From assembly GCA_943788655.1 (NCBI GenBank), contig CALSRB010000002.1, positions 200,989-264,988 on the forward strand: 64,000 bases of DNA, in the 5' to 3' direction. Below the pieces are notes generated by a model that did not search any database, was not told the origin of the DNA, and worked only from the letters and a program-made list of their open reading frames with translations. Numbering within the stretch: position 1 is the stretch's first letter; the number at the start of each line of letters is the position of its first letter. Both the position numbers and the translations under genes were made by a program. Origin of the DNA: Candidatus Poseidoniaceae archaeon. Lineage in GTDB: Archaea > Thermoplasmatota > Poseidoniia > Poseidoniales > Poseidoniaceae. Below, piece after piece: positions 19,075-31,000 of the stretch.

Positions 19075-19737
19075 TCAAATGAGGCCAAGAGCGTCTTCCA
19101 TTCGGTTCAATTCAGGGCCTGTGGTCTCCGTACCGGCGATAACGCCGTTATTCGAAGCGCATGAACCAGCACCGACGTATGGCGAACCGAAAGCAACGGT
19201 ACCAACCATAGGTGGAACGCCAAGAACTTCTTCGATGAGAAGAACTTCCTCGGGCGTCACGTCAGGATGGAGCAGCACACCTTGATCGTTGGTAACACCC
19301 AAGCTTCCGACGACATCTTGACCGGCAATGGTTGTAGCAGCAACTTGAACGCCCATCACTTCTGACATGATTTCCAAACCATCGGTTGGAATACTCGGAG
19401 AAGCGATGACGCCTTGTTCGTTGACAAGCAGGAGGTTACCAGCGGTGTTGACACCACCTTCCATCACGACGACGTCTCCGAAGGCAGTCAGAGCATCAAT
19501 ATCGGTTTCCGTGGCGATATCTGCAACGGCCATTCCCCGGCTGTTTCCAGCCACGAGAGCGCCGATGAGATTCGAGCCGCCAATGGAGATTGGATGCATT
19601 TCGAGTTCCAGGCATGTTTCAATTTTCTCAAGAACATGAACTGGGAGTTCTGCAGGATGGAGGACAACATTTCCGACCGCAGCAAGGTGAATACCCACTT
19701 GATCACTACCGAAAATGTCCGCTGTGTCAATTGGCAT
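19075..19737 (-). CDS. eif6: Translation initiation factor 6 (aIF6/eIF6)
   Basis: A 220-aa protein with the repetitive pentein-fold pattern of eIF6 (GS.(N|Y).G......N..G...P). ATG verified at 19737. Confidence 0.75.
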   Translation of the reverse strand: MPIDTADIFGSDQVGIHLAAVGNVVLHPAELPVHVLEKIETCLELEMHPISIGGSNLIGALVAGNSRGMAVADIATETDIDALTAFGDVVVMEGGVNTAGNLLLVNEQGVIASPSIPTDGLEIMSEVMGVQVAATTIAGQDVVGSLGVTNDQGVLLHPDVTPEEVLLIEEVLGVPPMVGTVAFGSPYVGAGSCASNNGVIAGTETTGPELNRMEDALGLI

Positions 19738-19792
19738 ACAGGTGTCCTCTTTTGGGGTGCTGTCGGGTATGTGTTATCAGTCTATTGAACGC

Positions 19793-19827
19793 AAAAAAGG
19801 CCGGCACTCCAAAAGGAGCGACCGGCC
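19793..19827 (-). terminator. Stem-loop plus T6 terminator-like element immediately downstream of the 5S rRNA
   Basis: The minus strand reads GGCCGGTCGCTCC-TTTT-GGAGTGCCGGCC followed by TTTTTT. It lies between the 5S 3' end and the aIF6 start. Confidence 0.5.
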
Positions 19828-19871
19828 AAGCGCCCACCGAAGTGAGATTTGAGGATGACCCGAAGGTGAAA

Positions 19872-20004
19872 GAAGAGGGGCACAGTGACTACCTTTCCCG
19901 TGGACTCTCGTACCACAGTAATGGGAGAGACGCAGGCAGGCTTGACTTCTGGGTTCGGAATGAGACCAGGTAAACACTACCGCTGTGACCGTGCACCCAT
20001 CTTC
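19872..20004 (-). rRNA. rrf: 5S ribosomal RNA
   Basis: The minus strand contains CCGAACCCAGAAGTCAAGCCTGCC (the loop C/helix III signature) and a terminal helix I, GAAGATGGGTGC paired with GTGCCCCTCTTC. Ends are approximate to within about 8 nt. Confidence 0.8.
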
Positions 20005-20050
20005 CTTCGAATCGGATCTGAGTGCGACGATGTACGTCGCAATGAAATAT

Positions 20051-20071
20051 GAATTGGCATGAACTATTAGA
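20051..20071 (-). other. Trailer half of the pre-23S rRNA processing stem (bulge-helix-bulge-like), complementary to the leader element at 22998..23017
   Basis: The trailer TCTAATAGTTCATGCCAATTC pairs with the leader GAATTGGCATGAATTAGA, leaving a 3-nt bulge. The pair flanks the 23S gene, as archaeal rRNA processing stems do. Confidence 0.55.
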
Positions 20072-20122
20072 CGAAGAGCACTCGAGGTGCGGATACATAC
20101 GAAAAAAGATGCTCGAACGTTA

Positions 20123-22958
<2,836 letters not shown>

Positions 22959-22997
22959 ATGTATGTTATCACACACCATGCGAGTAACCCTTCGGTA

Positions 22998-23017
22998 TCT
23001 AATTCATGCCAATTCGG
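22998..23017 (-). other. Leader half of the pre-23S rRNA processing stem; partner of 20051..20071
   Basis: See the partner element. It lies about 40 nt upstream of the mature 23S 5' end. Confidence 0.55.
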
Positions 23018-23209
23018 CTTCCACAGAAAACCGCCTCCTCAGGGACGGTTCTCCTCTGCCCTTCCCCCGACATGTTGCATATCAGGGTGCTTAAGCATCC
23101 CCCCGACTTACCACCCATATATGAACGAATCGGTTTGGACCTCGGCTATGGGTGTCAAGAGGAGGGGGTGCTATACGATACATAGCGAGCCTGTTTTAAT
23201 GTTGTCATT

Positions 23210-23226
23210 AATGCAAATTTAAGCCT
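23210..23226 (-). promoter_or_regulatory. Putative 23S-5S rRNA operon promoter (TATA-like GGCTTAAATTTGC on the minus strand)
   Basis: An A/T-rich box A-like element lies about 260 nt upstream of the mature 23S 5' end, between the upstream CDS and the rRNA leader. Confidence 0.3.
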
Positions 23227-23325
23227 AATTTTCGGGTATTTTACTGGACGAAGGTCCGCCGAATTCTTTTGGCATCTGAGCAAACCGTGGAAGATTGTTG
23301 ATTCCCTCAATCAAAACAGGTAGCA

Positions 23326-24819
23326 TCAGTAGGAGAGCCGGTCGAGATTTGCTTGCACCACTTCATCCTGATGCAATCGTTGGAGAAGAGATTTTGCAGC
23401 ACCGCTTTCGCCCATGCTGACCAAAGCAGCAGCGTAGAGGTTCCCACTCACAGTGGTCTGCGGCTGTGTCTGATCGTGCATTTGTACGAGACCGATTGCC
23501 TTTTCTGCTCGCCCACTGACAAGAAGGGCGTGGGCCAGGTTCAGGAGAATAATGCCCTCTGTTGGAGCGGATTTAGCAGCCTCCCTTAAGGCAAGAATGG
23601 AAGATTCGAACTGTGTAGAAGCAAGCGTTTGAAGTTCGAGATCGGGGCTTTTTGCCATCGTGAGTGCTCGTTGAAGCAGCGACAGTCCGTAGTTGTTGAA
23701 CACGGCTGCGTCCCCTGGCATACGTGCCGCAAGCTTCTGGAAGGCGATAGCAGCTTGTGCCCATGACTCTTTGCCGAGCGCTTCGAACCCTTGCCTGAGT
23801 GTCGGCTCCAACTCAGGCAGGCCATCCAGGCGGACTGCAAGCGCTTGAGCAGGGTGGATATCCAAGGAGATTACACCGCTCGTCACCGATTGAACTGGCT
23901 CGCTTGGTTCATGCGCGTAGACCGTGGGTTCAGCATCCATTGTATGAACAACTTCCACAACTTGGTCTGATTGAGCATAGATTTGCTCCATGTTTGGTGC
24001 AGCGGCGTCGATTCGCCACATTGCGGGAACGTCAGGGTCGCTTGACGGCTCATCGATTGCAACCACTGGATCTGCCTCTACACGCATCACGGTGGGTGGT
24101 GAAACATTGACAGCTTCAAGGCGGGGGAGCGTGGGTTCGACGAGTGGTGCCGCCTCAATCCGAGGCAACGGGACGGCAGGTAAAACTGGTGCTTCAGGCG
24201 AGGAAGGTACGGGAGAAGGCAGCGGGGTTGGCACCATCATAGAGGGCTTGGGCACTGGTGGCAATGCTGCGGGCTCAACAAGGGCCGGAACTGATTCAAC
24301 AGCAGGAGATCCACTTGGAGTGATTGGAACTGTTTCAATGACCTGGGACGGTGGCGAGGGGGCTTGTGTGGCCTCAACAGCCTGGAGAGGCACTCGAGGG
24401 GCTACGGCGTCCGCAATGGGTTCAGCAGTGGACACAACTGGTTCTCTTTGCTCGGCCTTCTGCTCACTCACCAATGGCAGGGGGGCATCGTCTGCAGAGC
24501 CGTCAAACGGCATCCCCGTCGCATAACTGCCAATACCGAATGGTAAGCGTGACACGTTGGTGTTGGATGTGCCGGAGAAACCAAATGGTAAGGTGCCCTT
24601 TGAGTCAGCTTTCTTGGGAACTTCCTCTTCCCCAACTGCAGGTTCAATGCCTTCGAGATCGTTCCACGAAGCAACGGCTTCATCCAATCCCGGCACCTCG
24701 GTTGGGAGGGGTGAACCATCATCATCTTGTTCAGTCAAATCGACTCTGATTTGACTCCCGCATGCGGGACAAGCGTTGCCTCCAAGGGAAAGCAAACCGC
24801 AAATCGTGCATTCGAACAT
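23326..24819 (-). CDS. Hypothetical 497-aa cytoplasmic protein with three parts: an N-terminal zinc ribbon (CTICG...CPACG), a long disordered Pro/Val/Glu-rich region carrying FG-type repeats (LPFGFSG, LPFGIGS, MPFDGS), and a C-terminal TPR-like helical domain
   Basis: Cys4 lies within the first 25 aa. The region from about aa 60 to 330 is low-complexity. The last about 170 aa show TPR-like amphipathic helix pairs. Confidence 0.5.
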   Translation of the reverse strand: MFECTICGLLSLGGNACPACGSQIRVDLTEQDDDGSPLPTEVPGLDEAVASWNDLEGIEPAVGEEEVPKKADSKGTLPFGFSGTSNTNVSRLPFGIGSYATGMPFDGSADDAPLPLVSEQKAEQREPVVSTAEPIADAVAPRVPLQAVEATQAPSPPSQVIETVPITPSGSPAVESVPALVEPAALPPVPKPSMMVPTPLPSPVPSSPEAPVLPAVPLPRIEAAPLVEPTLPRLEAVNVSPPTVMRVEADPVVAIDEPSSDPDVPAMWRIDAAAPNMEQIYAQSDQVVEVVHTMDAEPTVYAHEPSEPVQSVTSGVISLDIHPAQALAVRLDGLPELEPTLRQGFEALGKESWAQAAIAFQKLAARMPGDAAVFNNYGLSLLQRALTMAKSPDLELQTLASTQFESSILALREAAKSAPTEGIILLNLAHALLVSGRAEKAIGLVQMHDQTQPQTTVSGNLYAAALVSMGESGAAKSLLQRLHQDEVVQANLDRLSY

Positions 24820-24882
24820 ACCGGCCCTCAGTCATGACGGGAAGGCGTGACTCTTCAATACAACGCAAAGAAGCGTCTCAAA

Positions 24883-26613
24883 TCACTCTTCGGAAGAGGT
24901 GATGCTCTTGATGCGGTCAACGGCTTGTTCAGCCAAATCCGTGAAGACATCGAGATCGTCATCCACGAGGGCTTCGGCGAAGTTCTTGCCTTTACCCATG
25001 CCACGAGAAACTTGCCATATGATTCCGAACATTGTGATTCCAACACAGACGCCCTTCCAAACATTTGCTCCACCATCTGCACCGATGACATAGACGAGCA
25101 CCATGTAAACTGAGACAATGGCCGTCGTGAGGATCATAATTGGGAAACCTGCTTTGAAGAACTCATTGAACGAGATTGGATAGCCTGCTTCCTCTGACAT
25201 TCCTGCAGTCACAACGTTTGCGGAAGCACCGATGAGCGTACCATTGCCACCGAGGCAGGCACCGAATGCAAGCGCCCAAATCATCGGGTTTAGATCAATG
25301 TTGAGGTCGTTGGCGATTTGCATGACAACTGGAATCATCGTGGCTGTGTAAGGAATGTTATCAATGAAGGCCGAAGCGATGGCTGAGACCCACAGAATAA
25401 TCAGAACCGCAGCGGCAAGTCGAACCACATCTCCCGCCTCATCAGTGCCGAACATAGCGATGCCTTTGGTGACATAGTCACCGATGAAGGAAATAACGCC
25501 AAGGTACTGCAGAGCATGGACCAAGACAAAGAGGCCGGCGAAAAACAGGAGTGTTGTCCATTCCACGTGTTCAAGCGGCTTTTCGAGTTCGTGACGATCG
25601 GTTGCCAAGAGCATCAAAACAGCACCGACGAGCGCAATCCAAGAAACTGCAATGTGCGTGATTGGATGGAGGAAGAAGTTCAAAACAACAAGCGCCAAGA
25701 TGGTCCCACTTACTTTGAGCATGGCAGCATCCTTAATGCCGTATTTTGTTTCAAGCTCAGCGATGTCACGAACCCGGGTTCCTGAGAATTCTTCCCTGTA
25801 AAACCACTTGATGAACATAAAGCTTGGAACAATTGTCATCAAAATACCTGGAGCCATTTCGATGATGAAATCGTTGAATGTAACGCCAGCACCAGCCAAG
25901 TCAGGATACCCTGCTTTTTCAATCGCTGCGGCAGACAAACCAGATCCAATCATGATGTTTGGTGGGTCGCCGATCATGGTCGCTGCGCCACCGATGTTGG
26001 AGAAAAGGACCTCTGAAATGAGCAAGGGAATTGGTTTGAGATCGAGTACTTTCGCCAGTTGAATGGTCACTGGCGTCAGCAACAACATGGTGGTGACGTT
26101 GTCGAGAAACGCCGAAAGCACAGCCGTCACAGAACATAGGATCACAACGAGGGTCCAGACAGACCCGCCGCTTTGCTTGTAGGCTTGAACAGCAAACCAC
26201 TCAAACAAACCGGTGTGGGAAAGGATGCCAACCATGACCATCATTCCCAAAAGAAGACCGATTGTCTCCCAGTCAATGAGCGTGGTCACAGCACCTAGGC
26301 TGAATGAGACATCTGCTGATTCGGGCGTGTAATAGGCAAGGGCAATAATTGCGAGGAGCCCACCGACTGCTGCTGCAAGTGTTCGATGGACGTATTCCGT
26401 GATAATGAGCGCATAAACTCCAAGAAGAATACCGAGGCCAACCCAGACAGCCTGAGTGTCCTTGATGTCTTGGAAACCAGCAGAACTCGAGGAGCCACCG
26501 CCAGCAATCGACTGGGAAGTAAACATCATTGTCCCAGTGAACGCCAAGAGCCCCAATGCAATGTACTGCGAGGGGTGTCGTCGTCGTGTTCGTAGCAATC
26601 CGCCGGTGCTCAT
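24883..26613 (-). CDS. Anion permease of the ArsB/NhaD (CitMHS/DASS-like) superfamily
   Basis: About 12 TM helices. The duplicated-repeat motifs NIGGAATMIGDPPN and LGGNGTLIGASANV, together with NIPYTATMIP, fit the ArsB/NhaD fold. Two TrkA-C-sized hydrophilic loops are present. The track GTG start at 26625 was moved to the ATG at 26613. Confidence 0.65.
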   Translation of the reverse strand: MSTGGLLRTRRRHPSQYIALGLLAFTGTMMFTSQSIAGGGSSSSAGFQDIKDTQAVWVGLGILLGVYALIITEYVHRTLAAAVGGLLAIIALAYYTPESADVSFSLGAVTTLIDWETIGLLLGMMVMVGILSHTGLFEWFAVQAYKQSGGSVWTLVVILCSVTAVLSAFLDNVTTMLLLTPVTIQLAKVLDLKPIPLLISEVLFSNIGGAATMIGDPPNIMIGSGLSAAAIEKAGYPDLAGAGVTFNDFIIEMAPGILMTIVPSFMFIKWFYREEFSGTRVRDIAELETKYGIKDAAMLKVSGTILALVVLNFFLHPITHIAVSWIALVGAVLMLLATDRHELEKPLEHVEWTTLLFFAGLFVLVHALQYLGVISFIGDYVTKGIAMFGTDEAGDVVRLAAAVLIILWVSAIASAFIDNIPYTATMIPVVMQIANDLNIDLNPMIWALAFGACLGGNGTLIGASANVVTAGMSEEAGYPISFNEFFKAGFPIMILTTAIVSVYMVLVYVIGADGGANVWKGVCVGITMFGIIWQVSRGMGKGKNFAEALVDDDLDVFTDLAEQAVDRIKSITSSEE

Positions 26614-26664
26614 GCGAAAATCCACCTGAGGGACACTATTGAGGATTTCCTATCGAGGGAATGC

Positions 26665-26940
26665 TCAACGCCAAAGTACGCCCACATTTCCACGGGCCAG
26701 AACCAACGTGGAATTGGTCTCTTTTGCGAGGTGAGACCAGACTGCGCCGATGTCCTTTCGCTCAAACAAACCTCTGTTGATTTTAATTTTGACAAGGGTA
26801 CGGGTGTTGAGTTGACCATCGATTTCCTCGATGAGGTTTTCTGTGATCCCAGACTTACCAATACGAATGCTTGGTTGGAAATCTCGTGATTGAGCCTCAC
26901 GACGAATGGACGCAGGGATGTCACGACTCATGGCACTCAT
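26665..26940 (-). CDS. YhbY/CRS1-family RNA-binding protein
   Basis: IRIGKSGITENLIEEIDGQLNTRTLVKIKI...GNVGVLWR matches the YhbY fold consensus (GKxGlT...ELVKvK). The track's N-terminal extension to 27123 is not family-like, so the start was trimmed to an internal ATG. Confidence 0.65.
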   Translation of the reverse strand: MSAMSRDIPASIRREAQSRDFQPSIRIGKSGITENLIEEIDGQLNTRTLVKIKINRGLFERKDIGAVWSHLAKETNSTLVLARGNVGVLWR

Positions 26941-26995
26941 GCTGCCCTGCAGGCTGTTGTTCAAGAAGATGCTCCCCTGAACCTTGGGTATGCCC

Positions 26996-27337
26996 TCAAG
27001 AGGAGCGGTGAGATTTGGGGCCGCCCCCGTACCTTCGAATCGATGAGCATTCAAGACAGGTGATGATGCGCTGACCATGTTTGATGCGAACCCTTGCATT
27101 GATTCCAAACTGGTGCGGTGCATGGCATTTTCTGCAAATCAAATGCCTCGCTTCGTTGGGAATTTGGAGACGATGCCGACGGGATAGCTTGACCAAGTGT
27201 TTAGCAGATGACCGGAGCAAACGCTCGTCAACACCGTCTGCACTGGTTAAAATCGAAATCAAGCGCTGTTGACCTTGTTGCGCGATGGCTCGCCTTTGTT
27301 GCCCACTTTTCTTCCGAGAACGTTGGCGTGAGGACAC
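26996..27337 (-). CDS. rnp4: Ribonuclease P protein component 4 (Rpp21/Rpr2)
   Basis: The basic N-terminus, ...RHLICRKCHAPHQFGINARVRIKHGQRIITCLECSSIRRY... and the zinc ribbon C-x2-C...C-x2-C are characteristic of Rpp21. Confidence 0.75.
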   Translation of the reverse strand: MSSRQRSRKKSGQQRRAIAQQGQQRLISILTSADGVDERLLRSSAKHLVKLSRRHRLQIPNEARHLICRKCHAPHQFGINARVRIKHGQRIITCLECSSIRRYGGGPKSHRSS

Positions 27338-27347
27338 TTGACCACCT

Positions 27348-27974
27348 TCACTGAAGCGCTGCTAGGATGTCACCAGTGATGTCATCGATGGCTCGGTCCC
27401 CGTCGATTCGATGAAAAATTCCTGCAGATTCATACCACTCAGCGAGGGGTGATGTCTGCTCGTGGTAAGCGTTCAGACGCGACATCACGGTCCCTTCATT
27501 ATCATCCGCTCTGCGCTTTTCCTGCCATTCGCCACAGTCGCAACCTTCGGCAGCCACTGGGTTGAATGTGTCGTGGAAAACGCTTCCACATCCGGCACAA
27601 GAGTACCGGCCACAGATCCGCTCGACAATTCGTTCGTCAGGCACTTCGATGGCGATAACATGAGAGACTTCTGTGATTGTTGCGAGCGCTTCAGCTTGTG
27701 GAATGGTCCGAGGGAATCCGTCGAACATCACGCCGTCTTTAGCGTCAGGGTGCGTGATACGCTCCTTAATCAGATCAATAATGACCTCATCTGGTACCAG
27801 TTGACCTGCATCCATGTAGGTCTTAGCCAAGGAACCAGTTTCAGTTCCAGCCTTGACCGCAGCACGAAGCATGTCGCCCGTAGAAATTTGTGGCAAACCC
27901 GTTTGATCGGTGATGCGTTCGGCTTGAGTGCCTTTTCCAGCGCCAGGGGGGCCAAAGAGAACAATGCTGCTCAT
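27348..27974 (-). CDS. adk: Adenylate kinase (long form with a Cys4 zinc LID)
   Basis: The P-loop is GPPGAGKGTQ and the LID carries CGRYSCAGCG...CDCGE. ATG verified at 27974. Confidence 0.9.
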   Translation of the reverse strand: MSSIVLFGPPGAGKGTQAERITDQTGLPQISTGDMLRAAVKAGTETGSLAKTYMDAGQLVPDEVIIDLIKERITHPDAKDGVMFDGFPRTIPQAEALATITEVSHVIAIEVPDERIVERICGRYSCAGCGSVFHDTFNPVAAEGCDCGEWQEKRRADDNEGTVMSRLNAYHEQTSPLAEWYESAGIFHRIDGDRAIDDITGDILAALQ

Positions 27975-28015
27975 GGCACTTCCAGTCGGCGACCCGTTTT
28001 AGAGATGCGCCCATC

Positions 28016-31000
28016 TCATTGACCATTGCGTTGGAGCCACTGGTGACCGTAGTGTTGCCATTGTTCCATCGTCCAGCCGTCAGGTAAACCCGACGGTGGG
28101 AGCGGTGGTCCCGTTGCAGCAGTTACCGGAGCAGGTGTAGGAACGGGGGCAGGAAGTGGCGTGGGCACTGGAGCCGGTATTTGCGGAAGGGCCTTTGGAG
28201 GAAGACCAGCCGGAGGCAAACCGGCAGGGGGGAGACCTCGAGGCAATGCGCCAGGGGTTGGCAGACCACGTGGCACAGCACCGGGAGGAAGTCCTTGAGG
28301 CACGACGGCAGGTGCAGGTGGGAGGTTGAGGGATTGAGCCAGAGCCGCTGCAATTTCATCCTGCGATACTTCTGCACTTGCGATTTCATTCACAGCGTGG
28401 CCAATGTCAAGTGCTTCATCGCGCCGTGTTCCAAGGTGATCTGGATTGACGAATGCATCAGGGGCCACAAGTTCACTTCCATCATCCTCAAGTTCGCCAG
28501 TGCGCTTCATTCTCAACGCAAGCACCGCTCCTGCGGCAATGAGCACTCCGATTAACGGAATTGAGACATAGAGAGGTAATACGGCGAGCAAACCACCATT
28601 GGTGTCGACGGAGGAAACAGTCGTTTCAATCGAGAATGTCCCCACGGTTTGTTCCTGTGAGGTCACAGAAATTTGTGTGAGCATGAGGCCTTTTGATGCT
28701 GATGCCTTCGGGGTGACGGTCACTTCAACGGTGAGGCTTTCACCAACGCCGAGACTCCCAATGGTGGTTTCTGAAAAAGAGACGCTCCAATCAGTGGAGG
28801 CGTTTCCGTCAGCGTCCAGCACAAGGGCGCTAAGTGCGCCAGTGATCGGTAAGTTGCCATCATTCCGTATAACAATGGATTGGGTTGCGCCCTCTTCCTT
28901 GGCAATGCTTCTGAACGGGCGAATGCTATCATCAGCAACCGACATGTTGGCGAATTGAGACGGCAAGACAGCGACGTCAATACGCACTGATGAGTTGACG
29001 AGGCGCCCGTTGTTTCCCCCGGTCACTGTGATTAAGAGGTCAAAGACTTGTGAGTCTGCAGCGGCATTTGCCGGTGGAATCAAGCCAAATCGAACGGTTT
29101 TTTCTTCCCGTGGTTCAAGGTAAGTGATCGGGTTAGCAAAGCCGACGACCCATCCATCAGGAGCGAGGCCATTGCTCCAAGCAAGCGTCAAAGGAGCATT
29201 GCCGGTGTTCGTCACGTTGAAATTTCCGTAGCTGAATGTGGAACCAATCACGGTTTCGATAACATCCCCTTCTGGACCTTGGAGGTTCACGGCGAGTTCA
29301 TCCCTTACTTTGAGCACTGTTGTGTTTGAGATGAATACCTGTGCGCTCAATTCTGTACGTATGACGAAACTGTTGGTATCGCCTTCTTCCGCTGCACCAG
29401 GCACGCCAATCACGAAGTTCACATCGATGGATTGCCCGGGGCCAAGAGCAATGGAAACTTGACGGGCATCCGTCTGGACTCCAGTGGTGACTTCAATCGG
29501 CCATGTTGGGTTGGAGGGCTGGATTTTGACATTCATGTCGAGGTCTGTGTTTCCGGTGTTCTCAACGGTCAGGTTCATGCTGATTTGTTCCCCACTGTCG
29601 ACAAGAACTTCTCGGTTTTTGGAAGATGGTCCGATTGGCCCGATGTCGTCGTACAAATCAGCACCAAAGGACTGCTGAGGGAGAACTGTGATGGTCGCAG
29701 ATTCACTGAAGTTCATCGAAACATCCGTGCTAGATGTCACATAGCATGTCACAGTATCTGTTGAACCTGTAAGCGGAACGCCGTTCGCCACCGGTGGCAC
29801 AAAAAGATCAATTTTAATCGCCCTGTATTCGCGAATGCCAATGGGTTCAATTTCTAATGTCGATGAGTTTGTGTCCTTGAGCATGATCTGCCAGCGGTTC
29901 TCAGATTCGCAGCTGATTGAGTATTGTGCGGGCGAGTTACCAATGTTCGCAACAGAAATTCTGAAGCCGGCAGAGTCACCGGGTTCAGCCTCGAGCCCTT
30001 CTGTTCCAAGCGGCGTAATGAGGACCTCGTCCAATTGGTCGATTGTAAATGTGAGTCGCTGAGTGTGAGCAACGGTAGGATTGTCTTGGTACCGTGCGGT
30101 CACATCCACCACAAATGTTCCAGAACGGGCATACCTTGGCGAAGCAGGATCGCTCAGGTCCGCATCCTCGTCCTCAAGGTGGATTGTAAGCAACTGGAAA
30201 TCACCAGCTTCTCCTTCCCCTTGAACTGTATATGGCCCCATTTGAGAGACACTCTTTGACCATGTATCCTCTGGCGAAAGGAGGAAATCAGGTCGACCTG
30301 GTTGTGGCACCTGCACCCCGGTGACACTCAGTGTGACATTTTTCTCTCCGGTACCCTCGTGGAGAATGTGAATGGGGATATCAATACCAGTTTGGTTTCG
30401 AACATCGAACGTTCGTATGGCCGCCGCTTCACGATCTTCAGAAGTGACCGGTACCGTACCATCGTCGTTGAGTACGACAACACGAACACCGAGAGCTGTG
30501 ACTTCAATGTCCTGTTCCCAAATGTTATTGTCGATACCAGTGGTCCCATCGTTCATTTCAGCAACCTGATCATTGGTATCGATTCGCAAGCGCATGCTGT
30601 GCGTCCCCGTGGTCAGGAATTGATGTTGAATCAAAAGTGAATCGATGGTTCCTGCAGCCAATGCAGAGCGGTCACCTTCAAACAGCGTTTCTCCAGCAGT
30701 GAGGTCTTCAAAGATGACACGGAAAGAGCCGGTGGCGAGGGTACCTTGGTTGATCCATCCAATTCGGATGGCAATCAAATCATTGCGAAGGGGTTCGGGG
30801 GAGGAAGGGATGATGCTCCCGTCGTACAGAGCAAGGTCGGCTTGGGGCGTCGGGGTTGCATCGGCAGTGACCACAAGTCCGAAACTTTGGGTCGTTCCGC
30901 CACGATGGAGAACCTTAACGAGCCATTGACCCGAGGTTGAAAGGGTACCAGGGGCGACCTTTATGCGCTCCACATTGTTGACTGAATCGCTTGTTTGCCC

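Noticed and set aside
23085-23110. GGATGCTTAAGC initially taken as the 23S 5' end (GGATGCC-like)
   Set aside because: The true conserved 5' block GGGGGATCGCTCGGCTCGAGTGCCGAAGAAGGTCGTG lies about 190 nt further downstream. This sequence belongs to the pre-rRNA leader.
22960-23326. Possible tRNA-Ala in the 23S leader, as in canonical archaeal 16S-tRNAAla-23S operons
   Set aside because: No acceptor, T-arm or anticodon cloverleaf can be drawn, and no GTTCRANYC-type T-loop is present.
23990-24526. 178-aa Gly/Ser/Thr-rich plus-strand ORF
   Set aside because: It is antisense to the Pro/Val-rich disordered region of 23326..24819, a compositional artefact of GC-rich low-complexity DNA.
26610-26924. 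104-aa minus ORF
   Set aside because: It is an alternative frame overlapping the YhbY-like gene and lacks family features.
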